Shown here: positions 1-12,745 of the stretch, one piece after another
Position numbering within the stretch: position 1 is the first letter of the stretch
Layout: each line of letters opens with the position of its first letter
Assembly: GCF_036588685.1 (NCBI RefSeq)
Contig: NC_086377.1
Span: 62,062,001 to 62,126,000 of the forward strand
Direction: 5' to 3'
Origin: Mytilus trossulus
Taxonomy: Eukaryota
Length of the DNA: 64,000 bases
Notes under the pieces: model-generated
Database searches by the model: none
Told to the model about the DNA's origin: nothing
Seen by the model: the letters and a program-made list of their open reading frames with translations, nothing else
Program-made: the position numbers and the translations under genes

Positions 1-1011
1 CACTAGTTAGCCAATAATATGGAAAGTATGCAACGTTTAAACCAAAATGTTATCCATCAAACAAAAAATCATAGCAAAAACAGCACATTTCATGTGTAGT
101 TTTGGATTGAACGATAACCAACATTGTGCGCAACAGAACTTTTTAAGTTCTTTATAAACAACGCAGATAAGGATTGATTTAACTATATAGTACATATTAT
201 AGAATACCAAAGCGCAAATGCTGTAATGTCTTGTTTGCTTTACTTATGATAGTATATGTGTTGAACGTCTATAATATCAAGTGTTTTACTAGAAGTGTCA
301 AATGCGCTTAAGATTATCAATGTTTCATAAAAAAAGGTCATGGTCAGATGAATCATGCCATACAGATCTCTACAAATATCCCGTACATCAAATAAACGTG
401 TTCCGATCCTTACAGTGCCTTAGAAACTGACAAATGTAAAAGTTATGCTTGGCCAATTAATTCGAAACATAAGGTCAAAAGTATATGAACCCTGACCGAC
501 AGCCAGACATAGACATCTTTCTATCATTTTATAAATCAAACACAATTGAAGTCATCGTGGTCATATAAGAAACATGCAGACAGACATGTACACCATACAC
601 GAAACACCTTGTCGCTATTGCATATTCAAAAGGCCAAACAACATAAAACAAGCATTGCCGAATGATGCATGATAATGAGTTCAATGTTAGTTGAAACCTT
701 GCAAAAGTCGAAAATATACACTTTACAATCATAACTACAGACAGTTATCCTAAAGCTTAACGAATCCTCGATACGGACTTGACCACTAAAATAAATCTTC
801 ATCCATGAAATGAGGCCAATTCAGAGTCAGATGAATCCTGTTTGACGGACATTTAGTTTTTTTGGATCCAATATACAAAATATGGGTATCCTATAACTCA
901 TGATAAGTGAGTACTTCACATGACGATAAAAAACTTCATCCTACAATCATCCAACTATTTTACAAACAACATGTTCACGAACGCCCAAATAATAATTTTA
1001 ATGAATTTGCG

Positions 1012-1382
1012 CGTCTTGCGTACTAAATTATAATTCTAGTACCTTCAACAACTATTTACGCCACTGGGTCGATGCCATTGCTGGTGGACGTTTCCTCCCC
1101 GAGGGTATCACCAGCCCCGTATTCAACACTTCGGTGATGACATAAATACCAATAGTGTGGTCATTTGATACAAATTTCTTGATTATAAAACTTTGAGTTT
1201 TTCGAAAAACTAAGGATCACCATAGTCGTATTTGGTACAACTTTTAGGAATTTTGGATCCTCTATGCTCTTCAACTTTTTACTTGTTCATAAATATTTTG
1301 ATATGAGCCTCACTGATGAGTCTTGTGAAGATGAAACGTACGTCTGGCGTACTGAATTATAAACCTGGTACCTTTGATAACT
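1012..1382. repeat. Interspersed repeat unit bounded by ~40-bp imperfect direct repeats
   Basis: cgtcttgcgtactaaattataattctagtacctt (1012) recurs as cgtctggcgtactgaattataaacctggtaccttt (1341). Family not determined. Confidence 0.5.
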
Positions 1383-1629
1383 GAAAGTACAAATAAAAAT
1401 TTCCTTTTACCCCGCTTATTTCCCGAGAAAGCAATGATATGGATTGTTTTTATGCGCAGCAGTCCATTTTAGCTCCTCTTTGAGATCTAAACAAAAGTTT
1501 CAAGTTCCGGGTGTAACAACTTGCAGTATACACTAACATACATTGGTGGATAATATAAAATTTGCTTTTTTGGCGACTGTACTACGTCCTACAGAGACAT
1601 CGGAAGTTGCGTGGCACCAAATCAACATT

Positions 1630-1921
1630 AGGGAGCTACCATTTGATTTTTTTTTTGGGGGGGGGGGAGTGGCCTAGGATGAAATTTGAAAAAAAATTAG
1701 GCAGGACAGGAGTATAAAGTAAAAAAAGGCAGGATGAGACACTTGCAAAAAAAAAGTCAGGATGACAATTTATGTAAAAAAAGTCAGGATAAACTAAAAA
1801 AAAAAAAGCAGGACCGGATAGAGTGAAAAATAAAAAGGCAGGACAGAGATTATAACTAAAAAAAAATGCAGGACAAAATTTTTCATCCTAGCCTTCCATA
1901 AAAATCAAATGGTAGCTCCCT
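1630..1921. mobile_element. MITE with 21-bp TIRs (Kolobok-like)
   Basis: AGGGAGCTACCATTTGATTTT at 1630-1650 and its reverse complement at 1901-1921; TT/TA flanks; internal aaaaa(g)gcagga subrepeats. Confidence 0.8.
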
Positions 1922-1935
1922 TACAGGTAAGTAGA

Positions 1936-2030
1936 TATAGGAAGATGTGGTGTGAGTGCCAATGAGACAACTCTCCATCCAAATAACAATTTAAAAATTA
2001 AATCATTATAGGTTAAAGTACGGCCTTCAA
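1936..2030 (+). repeat. Copy of the dominant interspersed repeat (agatgtggtatgattgccaatgagacaactctcca family)
   Basis: The motif recurs on both strands near 16370-16460, 17020-17210, 34030-34230, 36650-37005, 40690-40800, 43365-43552, 44020-44155, 44480-44665, 47260-47515, 48630-48760 and 61150-61325 (approximate bounds). Confidence 0.75.
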
Positions 2031-3210
2031 AATTTATTTTGATAACTATATCATTTCAAAATATAAAATTGAGCCAATGTTGATGGTCTTTAGATAAGAA
2101 AATAAAATATTGTTTGGAATAATGCTAGCTATAAAAAAATATCAAACGTTTGATTTATATTTCGCGCTTCATTCTAAAACACGCACTGTCAGCAACATGA
2201 ACGTCTTCGTAGCATCAGATCTTTCACGATCCTTTTCACGATCTTCAAAAATGCGGTACGTGTTCTTTCACGATCCAAAAAATCAATTTTGTGTGAATAG
2301 TTCTTTATTCACCAAGTTTCAGATTATATTTATATAAAATTACTATGAGAACCGTTTAAATAATTCAAATACAATGCCCTTATTTTGATAAACGTAGTTT
2401 ATTTAGTCGAATTTGTGAAAAATTCGTGTTTGTTTACATTTTTTATGTCATTGAAATGTCGAGAAGCAATCTGCCTTTTGTCGTTTTGTAATAACTGTGT
2501 ACTTTTGAAACTGGATATTCTGACATGCTGATCATAATGTTGAACCATTTTGACAGACAGTTTTATTTTGTCGTAATTGTGTCTGTGCAATTAATTAAAT
2601 TAGAATATTTACTGATCTTTCATATGTCTTCTCGATTAAATGTCTTTCACGATCCGTTACCAGAACTTTCACGATCGTCTCGCAATACTTGACTGCCGTT
2701 AGATATTCTTTCACGCCCATTTCTCTCGATAAACCGAATGACACCCGTGGAATATACTTAATTTAGTCCTGGTATATATGATGAGTTTATTCTATACTAA
2801 AGTATTCCTTTTAAATAATTGATTCCTAAACTGTTAATGGTAGACTTTTAAAAGTATGATCTTTGAATATACATAATATAACTAGTTTATGTATGTTTCG
2901 GATACATGTAGCTGCAATTGTTTTCTAAATCACAATGTCTGTCCTGAAGCTATCTTTTTACCTTCCTAAATGAGGTTTAAAAGACGTATATTTTGGAAAA
3001 ATGAAGCAATACAAAATTTGTGTAATGACATAGTCCTAAATCAATGTTTTGTTATATAATCACTATCAATGTGGTGGTCCTAATCGCAACAAGTAACGTC
3101 TGAGACTCAAGAGTCAGAAAAGTCATAATTATTTGTTTTGAATCAAGCTGATTGACCATCCTGCTAATATCCCATTGGTTGTCCTTAATAGTATTATTTA
3201 CTTGTACTTG

Positions 3211-4352
3211 TTACAATTTACTTTTAATTTCAGATATTCCCTCATCCGATGTTTGCGTTACCATGTTTATAGCTCCCTTCATCTGCCTCTGAAATTGTAT
3301 TTTCTGATTTCGTAAATGTACCATTGTTTCATGTTCAAAATTTTGTAATTGGATCTCGTCATTGTTAAGACAAGAAGAAGCTGCGTACAATGAAATACTT
3401 TTGTTTTGCTGTTTGCTTCTGTCATTTAATCTATATTCAAGTTTCTGTTGTTCTTCTTTTGTGGTATTGTAAAGGTCATTTCGGTGACAAGCTTTTGTTC
3501 TTGTCAAGTCCAGCAGCATACCTAATATTACTTGTCGTGATTTTTTACATTCCGTTTTTATACGCGTGCTCTGTTCCTTTTGTTTTGATAATTCATCTTG
3601 AAGACGACCTTTTGTCCATTCTGCATTATTTATTACATTCTCGAATTTAGTTTCAACATTTTCTGCTATTTTGAGCTTCTCAAGTACGTTTGTGCTCTCT
3701 TCTGTCAGTATTTTTGCTTGACGTTTTGAAACTGCTTCCTTGTACATGCCAATTGTATAATATTGTTCACCGTTTTCCTGTTGCATTTTATTTATTATCG
3801 TTTTCAATGACAAGATAAAAGACATCTGTTGTGTTGTGGTTCCTCTGTTGTTTACAGCAATGTATCGAAAATTTACTCGCTTTGTCAAACGATTTAGAGC
3901 TTCGGTGGAACTTTTGACAAATTTATCAATTGATATTCCTTCTGCTTCTATGTCATCAAGTCGTGTAAAAATAACAACTGTAAATGCAAAAATATCATCA
4001 CTTAACAACTCGAGAAGAATGTTAATGGATCTGTTTTCCTCTTCTGTGAATCGATCGGCTTTTATAACTAAAAGAAAAACATGTGGACCTGGAGATGACA
4101 TTTTGATACAGCGAACTATTTCATTCATGGATATTTCAGTTGTGTCGTTCGTGTGGAATACACCTGGGGTATCTACTATAACAAGTCGACGTTCCTCCAA
4201 CTTCCCGTTGCGAACTGCGCAACAATTTGTTACCGATGAACTTGACGGTATTGATTCAAATTGTGTTTTGCCCGAAATGGTTTTCCCTGTTGCACTTTTT
4301 CCCGATCCAGTTTTTCCTAATAACACCATTCGAATACAATCTTCATTTTCAA
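3211..4352 (-). CDS. GTPase IMAP family member (GIMAP/AIG1), terminal coding exon with C-terminal coiled coil
   Basis: G1 GKTGSGKS, G2 SSVT, G3 DTPG, conserved box PGPHVFLLV..RFTEEE, G4 TRLDD, G5-region VNN; Q/E/K-rich helical tail. A phase-1 acceptor ttttgcag precedes 4352 (adds ENEDCIR before MVLLG). Upstream exon not identified. Confidence 0.92.
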
Positions 4353-5331
4353 CTGCAAAAGATGAAGTATTCTACTAAAAATTTAAACACATTGCTCTTA
4401 TCTAACTGGAAAACAAATGTCTGCTGCACGTTCGTTAGAAAATAATTATAAACTAGTAATTCTTATTTCAAAAACATCAGAAGAGATTGGAAAATAAATC
4501 ATCATGTTTTATGAAGTTGAATGTCCCTATGGTATATGTCACTGCTGAAAATTCAGATATTTTTACATACTAGTAGCTTGATTTCAGTACATTCAGTACT
4601 CTACAGTTGCTATTCAAATATTGTTCATTATTTTTTATGTGTAGACTCAGTATAAAACCATTTACTGAACAGTCTGAACATATCATAATCGGTTCTTAAT
4701 TCACTGCAAGCAAATTATCTGAACAGCACTGAACTTGCTGCAGGGAATAAGTCTTAAAGTTGACCAACATTACTAAGGTTTCTTTTTTGTTTAGTTGTAT
4801 AAGAATTGTATAGATCACAATGTAGTTTATGACCAATATTGGTTTACCCATTTTCAGGGCAGATAGATATTGACTTGATAAATAATGTTCTTTTTTTAGC
4901 CATGGCGGTCATCTTGATTGGTTGGCTTGGTGACCGCACACATTTTTTAAATAAGATACACTTATAATGATTGTGGCTAAGTTTGGTGAAATTTGACCCT
5001 ATAGTTTCACGGGAGAAGATTTTTGTAAAAGATTACAAAAATTTACGAAAAATTGGAAAAAAATTACTATAAAGGTAACAACTCCTTAAGGGTTGAACTC
5101 ACCATTTTGGTCATGTGTCTTATTTGTAGATCTTACTTTGCTGAACATTATTGCTGTGTACAGTTTATCTCTATCTATAATAATGTTCAAGATAATAACT
5201 GAAAACGGCAATATTTCCTTAAAATTACCAATTCAGTGGCAGCAACCGAACAACCGGTTTTCCGATTTATCTGAAAATTTCAGGGCAGATAGATGTTGAC
5301 CTGAAATTTTTTTTTACAGATTTGCTCTTAA

Positions 5332-5902
5332 AGTCATAAGAAACCTCAAATCAAAAAAAATTAAGCATATGTTTTTTATAACTCAATGGATAGTTTTCAT
5401 TGTAAAACTTATGTACATATACGTTTTTCTGAAGAAAATTCTGTAATTTATTCATATTTAGAAGAAGTTTACTTTATTTGAATTGCTTCCTTCCAGCAAG
5501 CAATTCCCCCGATATATTTTCCGTATGCAAGGTGACCTCAGTGTGACCCATCTCGTAAAAATCCGGTGACCACAATACGCATGGATGTCCTTAAAATAAA
5601 CTATTATCTGAATTTACATGTTAAACACGTGCTCAAATTCCATGTTTTTTTGTTTATTTTTCGTCAATTGTTGACAAACAGGTGACAATCGTTAAACTTC
5701 GGCTTCAAAACACGAACTTTAATTACCTGCCATATTTTCACAACAACACTGACCGATTTAAAAAAAAAATGACGATTATACGAAATTTACACGAAAAAAA
5801 TGATAAATTCGAGCACAGAAGACTAAGTTTATGATGTTTGTATGCATTGGTTTAAGAATTGGAAGAACATTATTTTTCACTGGTCACTCGTTTCTTATGA
5901 CT
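5332..5902. mobile_element. TTAA-flanked MITE (Kolobok-like) nested in another repeat (~4845-5975)
   Basis: TTAA|AGTCATAAGAAAC ... GTTTCTTATGACT|TTAA: perfect 13-bp TIRs and a TTAA duplication. Confidence 0.85.
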
Positions 5903-6079
5903 TTAATGCTTTGGTTGCAGAGTTAAAAGCCAAAATCTACCACTATGTTCTATTTTATGGCGGCCATCTTGATATTAATACAATATGTATTTTGTAAAAC
6001 GCCCATGTGAAGCTGTTGAATAAGAAGCATCATTCGTACAAATACAGCTATTTTCGTATATCGCCTAGTTGTCTGAAAA

Positions 6080-6155
6080 GTCTAAGTGGTTAGACCAGGT
6101 ACAAGCGGTGTTGCCAGGATGTCACTGATGCATGAGTTCAAATCCAGTTGCTGGA
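6080..6155 (+). mobile_element. Possible degenerate tRNA-derived SINE head
   Basis: A-box-like tctaagtggttaga and B-box-like gagttcaaatcc at tRNA-like spacing; no cloverleaf. Confidence 0.3.
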
Positions 6156-8607
6156 AGAAATAAACATTGCTGACAGAACTTTTGAGATTGAAAATCGGTG
6201 GGTTAAATTTGAGACAAGGTATGTGCAATATCCCAAGGACTAAGTTAGTCTTTACGTTATCAAATATGTATATTTTTATATATGAATAAAGATAGATATC
6301 ATTTTAAATGGTTATCGTGGTTTGTTTCTAAAAATATTTATATTTACAGCCGTCTGCCTTTAATGATATGTGTTATCAATGATGTGGCCACCTTTTAATT
6401 TACCTTTGTGAAGTGTTTGTCAAAGAAATATATTATAGATGAAGATTTGTAGGCGATTGAAGCACAAATAACAACCAAAAAATTCATTTGCATTGAAATT
6501 GCATAACTCTTAATTGTTTTGAAACAAATGATCTTGACCTTACTTGAGCTTAAATTTTTAAAATGTTATTAAGATATGTACTTGGAAGGAAACAAATAAC
6601 ATAGATATATGAACTAAATCATGTAAAAAAGAAAATTGTAACTAAATCGGCTGATGACTGAACGAAATGGTGTGAAGATTTTGTAAAATGCATAGGAGAT
6701 ATAATTCAATTATTTTTTGAACTCATTGTGGAGTTTGATTTTGTCAGCAGAGATAGTCAAAGTCTTTTTTATCTGATTGATGGTGTATAAAATACGTGCG
6801 ATAATGTTTATCAAAGGAATATTTAATCCATGTCTATTATATACTAAATTTAGTGTCGATCAACTATCTTTAGTGAAGTAAAGTCCATTTAAAAACATCA
6901 TTGTCAGCATTTCAAAACCTACATGTCTTCTTGGTTTTTGATGAATTTTTTACCAAAGGCTTAAATCATATCACCACTGACCAAATATTTTAGTAGAAGA
7001 AACGTCTCTTTGAGATATAAGTAGTACTAAAACTTATTTTGTTTCCGAAATGACGAAAGTGTATTTCGTATATTTAGCGGTTACATGTTCAGGTATAAAT
7101 AAACCATGATGGACATGATGTAAATGTAAACAAAATCAGACGGAGATGCTGATTTATAAATATATAAAACGTAAGAAGATGTGTATTGATTACTTATAGG
7201 ACAATTCTTTAACTGAGACCAAATGGGATAAAGGTTAGCAATTATATGTAGAATCTGTAATAGAAGCCGTCTGAATGAAAAATCAGAAAATTTCGAAAAA
7301 CCACTAGCAAAAAGTTATAATGTATAAGGAGAGACATTTGCCTTGCAACGGGCAATCTACGCACACCACTTAAAGATGTTCTTGGCTTGCAAAATGCATG
7401 GTACTCTATTTACACGAAACGTTGTATAAAATGTCCCAATTCTGATCCGCTCTGGATGTTTATTTGTACATTCCAGAAACTCACTGTGGTAATGATTTTC
7501 CTGTTTGTATTTCTATGATGCTGCAAAGGATATCACCCGATAATTCGTATAAAGTTGTTGCCTTATACAACCTCAACATGCTCAAAAACTGGTTTGGTAA
7601 AGGAAATGTCCACTCAAGATTACTTTTTTTCTACTTTCAAATGTAATTAGCCAAATGTTAAAAGTAAAATAAATAACAAACGTTGTTAGGCCAAAACGAA
7701 AAGTTTTTTGTCAAGTGACAAAATTAACACTTGAAACGAATGGAAAACAGCTTATTCGTGACTTGGTACAGGCATTTCATTCATAGAAAAATTGTGGAAT
7801 CAACCAGGCTTATTGTAAATTCAAACCTCTTAATTATATGACAGTTGCATAACAACAATGTGTGGGCAAAACCAGACACATAAGGTAAACGTGTCATAAA
7901 CAAGGGTAGACACCATTGAGATATAATCTCAATCACTATAAAACCAAAAAGTGTGTCAACAAAGAAAAAAAATGGATTATATATTTAGATAAAGCACAGA
8001 AGCGAATGACAGACAAAAAGGATAAAAAATTATAATACAATTACACAATAAGACTAAAAACAATAAATCTTAATTATTCCATTCATTTTTAGTCTTTAAG
8101 TTCATTTTCAAACAAATACACTGGCGTTAAACAACTCGCTTGCTGTTAGTTTAGATCAGTTAAGTTATTGTACATATTGTTCAGTAATTGGTAATTTCCT
8201 GTACACATGCTATGCTACATGTATCTGAAAAACAAATTAACAGTGCTTAATTGACTGTAAGCGAAATGTCTAACCAGTACTGAATTTCCCGCTGTAAATA
8301 AGTCCAAACATCACTGAAAGAATGAAAATACATAATTGATTTATTTTCTAGGCTTATTCCTTTAATAATGGCTTGTTGAACCTTGTGAGTGTACAGACTT
8401 TATCGTTCCTATAAAATGTTTCGAAGCAGTCTCTTTTCTAATAAGAATATTCATCCTATGATAAGTCGATGATGTCCCAATCACGAAAACAGGAAGGTAT
8501 TCGGTTTCGACATGATATAGTTTTTGACACAGATCTAGATATTCAGAGATAACCTTGATTAAATCACACGATTTTAAAATTCCAAGGTTGAAGTTTTAAT
8601 ACAGATA

Positions 8608-8638
8608 TATAAAAGCAAAATATAGCAGTTTTTCATTC
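8608..8638 (+). promoter_or_regulatory. Core promoter (TATA box and Inr) of the LRAT-domain gene
   Basis: TATAAAA at 8608-8614 and TCATTC at 8633-8638 with canonical spacing, ~100 nt before an ATG|gtaagt exon end. Confidence 0.6.
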
Positions 8639-8731
8639 ACAGTGTAACTGATTGTTTTCGGAAGACCACTGCATGAATAGTCAGTTTTCTGATAATTAAA
8701 AAAAACAGCACTTTGATAAATTCTAAGGAAA

Positions 8732-8734
8732 ATG
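8732..8734 (+). CDS. LRAT-domain gene, exon 1 (initiator ATG only)
   Basis: aaaATG|gtaagt consensus donor, phase 0, compatible with the acceptor tttcag at 9208/9209. Confidence 0.7.
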
Positions 8735-9208
8735 GTAAGTTTATATTTTGCTATCATCAAAGCTTTAAAAACAACGTTAATTAATTTTTAAACATTGTAC
8801 TTTGAGGGATTCATGTTTGATATTGTTCGAGATTATCATAATTTATAATTTTCCTATTCGACAAAAGAGCATAAATTCTGTCTTTAAAAATATTTTTAAT
8901 TACTTTCTGTTCTAATTTCTTTGCTTTCTATTTTAAACATTTAAGTAAAAGAAAATGTAAATGTAACTTTCCATACGCTGTATCCTCAGTCTGACGGGTG
9001 AATTAAAGAATTTTCAAAATGGTGCACAGAAAAATATGATAAATACTTCAAATATTTAATCATCAAAGGAAACCTTCTATTTCATTAGATTGTGAGAAAG
9101 AAAGGTCGTAAGCCACATTATTTTAAGAATTTGTCATCGTCAATTTGATATTTGACTTTGCGTTTTTTCAAAACTTATGCTAAAATAGCTGCAATTTTCA
9201 CGTTTCAG

Positions 9209-9898
9209 ACTCTTCCATGTGGTGCACAAAGAATACCAGATATATCGTCGTTCAAGAAAAGAGTTTGTCCTTGTTCTCATATTGCTATTTACAGACCCTC
9301 CCTTAAAATCTATCATCACTTTTTAGTAAAAGAGGTGAAGGTCAACTCTGTTGTGATAATTCACAATGTAGAACTATCCGATTATATACTAGTATCTCCT
9401 GGTTTTGGTCGAATTCATGAAGATGAAATCAAGTTCACAACCGAACAACCTTACCGAGACCAAATTGAGTCTGATCATTTGGACTTTAATTCAGGCGTAT
9501 ATCTGATAGAAAGAAATGGATATCCAACTTCTACGAATAAAAAGGTAAAAGTTCTCGAAAGAGCATTTGACGGGCGTGTGGAAAAGAATCTTAACTTTTC
9601 TAGCAAAAACTCCGAATGGTTTGTTTTATGGGCACTTACAGGGCTTGACGAATGTGGACGGATGGAAATAGGTGTTAAAAATGCATGCACTGCAAGTGGC
9701 GGCTTTGGAGGAGCAGTTATCGGCCAAATGCTTGTTCCTGTTCCAATCGTTGGTGGAATGCTCGGGGGAATATTTGGTGGTTGGTTAGGTCGTACAACAG
9801 GAAAGTTGCATGACAATCAACAAGAAGAACGTCGCAAGCAAGCACTAATAGATAAGGCTGCTGCTAAACAATACTATGAACAAGGCGAAGCTCTCTAG
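9209..9898 (+). CDS. LRAT/PLAAT (permuted NlpC/P60) domain protein with Cys-to-Ser at the catalytic position and a C-terminal glycine zipper; ~230 aa
   Basis: Motifs SHIAIYR..YHHFLV, VIIH and RA...NSEWFVLWALTG (canonical NCEHF), then GGFGGAVIGQ..PVPIVGGMLGGIFGGWLG. Confidence 0.8.
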   Translation, partial: TLPCGAQRIPDISSFKKRVCPCSHIAIYRPSLKIYHHFLVKEVKVNSVVIIHNVELSDYILVSPGFGRIHEDEIKFTTEQPYRDQIESDHLDFNSGVYLIERNGYPTSTNKKVKVLERAFDGRVEKNLNFSSKNSEWFVLWALTGLDECGRMEIGVKNACTASGGFGGAVIGQMLVPVPIVGGMLGGIFGGWLGRTTGKLHDNQQEERRKQALIDKAAAKQYYEQGEAL

Positions 9899-11739
9899 AA
9901 TCAACGTCTTATCAAATTATCTTTTGTAAATTATAAACAGTGGAATGAAACTTGTATCCATGTAGATGTATATAACTCACGTTTTTGTATTGTTCAGTGT
10001 TTCCTATAAATTGTTTGTTTTATTAAATTCAGTTATAAATTTTATCTTAAAAGTGTGACTTTTTTTTAATGAAAGTCGAACATACCGTTTAGTTTCTTTT
10101 GCAAGTGGTATCATTATATTGTTTAAGCTTATTGATCGGCAATATTTGAGTGATTATTTATGTGATTTGATTTGTAAAGATTATCCACTAAATATGTCAT
10201 TTTTTCATCCATTTAAATTAATCACGATTCTTTAGTGTTTTATAGGCACACATCTCAGATTTATCACTGAAAAAATGGCTTTCCAATACAATTTTCTTTA
10301 AAAGTATAATACTCATATAGAATTAGGGTCAGTTTAAAACAAAATTGGTAGACAAAAGAGATAACTTCAGAGTTAAAACTGTTAACTTTTACTTTATACT
10401 AAGTAACAGTTTAACAATGTCTGCATATGTAAACATTGAGAATTAAAATTGGAAATGTGTCAAATTTGACAACAACCCGACAAATAGACATAAAAAAGCC
10501 GAATTTCCCTGTTGACACGATTTGTTTAATAAATTTTGAATTCTTGTTTCTCGATTTTGATCATTTTGTTTGTATTTTTCTTGTTGGCATAATCGTTGGT
10601 TGGTAAAGTGACTACGATTACAACACCATGTTGACTGATGTGCCTAAATTTTTGATATTTTTTTTTATTTATGTCTGTTTGTTTTGCTTATTCATTGCTG
10701 TCAATATAACGGAATTCTCCATGACGTATGCCACATCTGTATCAGGATCTGCCTATCATTCCGAAGCACCTAATATCACCCCCAGTTTTTGTTGAGGTTC
10801 GTTTTACTTAGATTTTTGTTTTTACTTCTTCTGTCTTGTGTACTATTATTTTAGTCTGTTTGTATTTTTATTTTTTAGACATGGTGTTGTCAGTCTATTT
10901 CCGATCTATGAGTTTAACTGTCCCTCTTGTATCTTTCATCCCTCGTCTATGCCACTGTCATACAAGCGAGATGTCTACACATTAAAATGTCTGTACCAAG
11001 TAAGGGATGTGACAGTTGTTTTTCATTTGTTTGGTGTGCTGGTGCTTCTGATTTTGCCCTTTAATGATTTTTTGTTTTAAACTTTATTTGGAGTTTATTT
11101 TTTAGTTATTTTACTTTTCAAAGTTTTACAAAAATAAAAACACTAATATACACATCCATTCAGATCTCATTATAATTTATAATATTATAACAATAATGTA
11201 AAACATGTTTACAATCACGAAAATGTCAGGCACTGTACCTCAGACTACAGTACTCTTATTTTAAAGATAATTTTTTTTGCTACATTTTTGAAACCTCTAT
11301 AAGACACAAATAAAACACGCTGATGAGGGTATCTCCATAATACATTATAAAAAATATGTATAACAAATTCATGTAAACCGAACAATTCACTAGCTTCGTT
11401 TGCAAACTATGAATGTTGAAAAAAGAAAAATAAGAGGAATAAGAATCGGAGATTTTTTTTTTATTAGAACAACGTAATCCGAATACAATACAAGCACAGT
11501 CTAATTGCGGGTTTTTATTTTTTCCATTCTTTAATGGACTTTTGAACGCTAATATGTAATGCTACATATTACACTGTCACTGTCAACACTGCAGAAATTC
11601 GGGAAGTATGCACAAAGTATATAGGTTTGTATGCTAGTGTAACCTCGTGTAACAATGAGATAACTAGCTGATATTTTGTCAAGTAGATAAGTTTTAAGAA
11701 CTGTGATGATTTTTTTCATTTATAAGCAATAAACTATGT

Positions 11740-11848
11740 TCATAGTTGTGTTACATCGTTCACTTCCATATAAATGTGGCTGTCTCCAGAATCTGAGGTA
11801 TAGTAAATATGACTGTCAATCATTGCTGTGGGCGTCTCATAATCAGGT
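11740..11848 (-). CDS. Receptor A terminal exon: cytoplasmic tail PDYETPTAMIDSHIYYTSDSGDSHIYMEVNDVTQL*
   Basis: Acceptor tttttaacag; phase 2 matches the TM exon; ends QL-TGA like the last exon of paralog B. Confidence 0.75.
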
Positions 11849-12745
11849 CTGTTAAAAAGCAAGGAAATTGCTATTTTTATTTAATGCGTTTAATAGAATT
11901 ATTAACAACCAAGTAGAGTTCATAATTAGAAAATGAAATTACTCGACATGTATTTATAAAATATTTCCTTACTCTGTTTCTAAGAACCCGTCAAATCTTT
12001 TACATACAACCAAAGCCGTTGTATGACGACATAGGTTAATAATTTGAAGGAGATTTTAATTCAATGGAGACATCATTTTCCACTCTGAAAGGTAGCTTAT
12101 GTTTTCAAAACAACATTGCTTACACTGTCAATGTAATAGTGTTTATAAGCATCGAAAATGTGTGTGTCAAATCAGTATACTGTACATTGCTAAATTATGA
12201 GCTAGGAGTAAGATCCTCTCAGAGCCTTTTCTTGTAAATTTAATCAGTTTGTGCCCTAGCTCATGTTTTATTATTTTTCGTTCCTTTTTTTTTTTGTCCT
12301 TATTATCTGTAATATATCCTTAAATATTACAAGGTTAGATGAAATAAACAAACTCCGTCATATGCTCTTGGGGTTTTTCTGTGGTATTCTACAGAACTTA
12401 AGTATCTTGAAATCACCCCTAGTTTTTGGTGGGGTTCGTGTTGTTTATTCTTTAGTTTTCTATGTTGTGTCATGTGTACTTTTGCTTGTCTGTTTGTCTG
12501 TTTGTCTTTTTCATTTTAAGACATGCAATTGTCAGTTTGTTTTAGATTCATGAGTTTGACTGTCCCTTTGGTATCTTTTGTCCCTCTTTTAGTAAGTTTT
12601 AGACAACAGCCTCAATTTGAGCACTGCCGAAATACTAGTAAACAAAACCTCATTGTTTTAACAGATCATGTACATGTCTGATTAATATTTTCACAAAATG
12701 TAGACAGATTTGGCAATTAATCGCGGTTTATGAATTGTAACTTAC

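Noticed and set aside
3390-4445. Plus-strand ORFs over GIMAP, and the many alternate-frame or antisense ORFs over the EGF exons and the LRAT gene
   Set aside because: These are shadow ORFs of real coding sequence with no motifs of their own.
8499-8510. ISRE-like GAAACCGAAT upstream of the LRAT promoter (minus strand)
   Set aside because: A single imperfect short match is expected by chance in AT-rich DNA.
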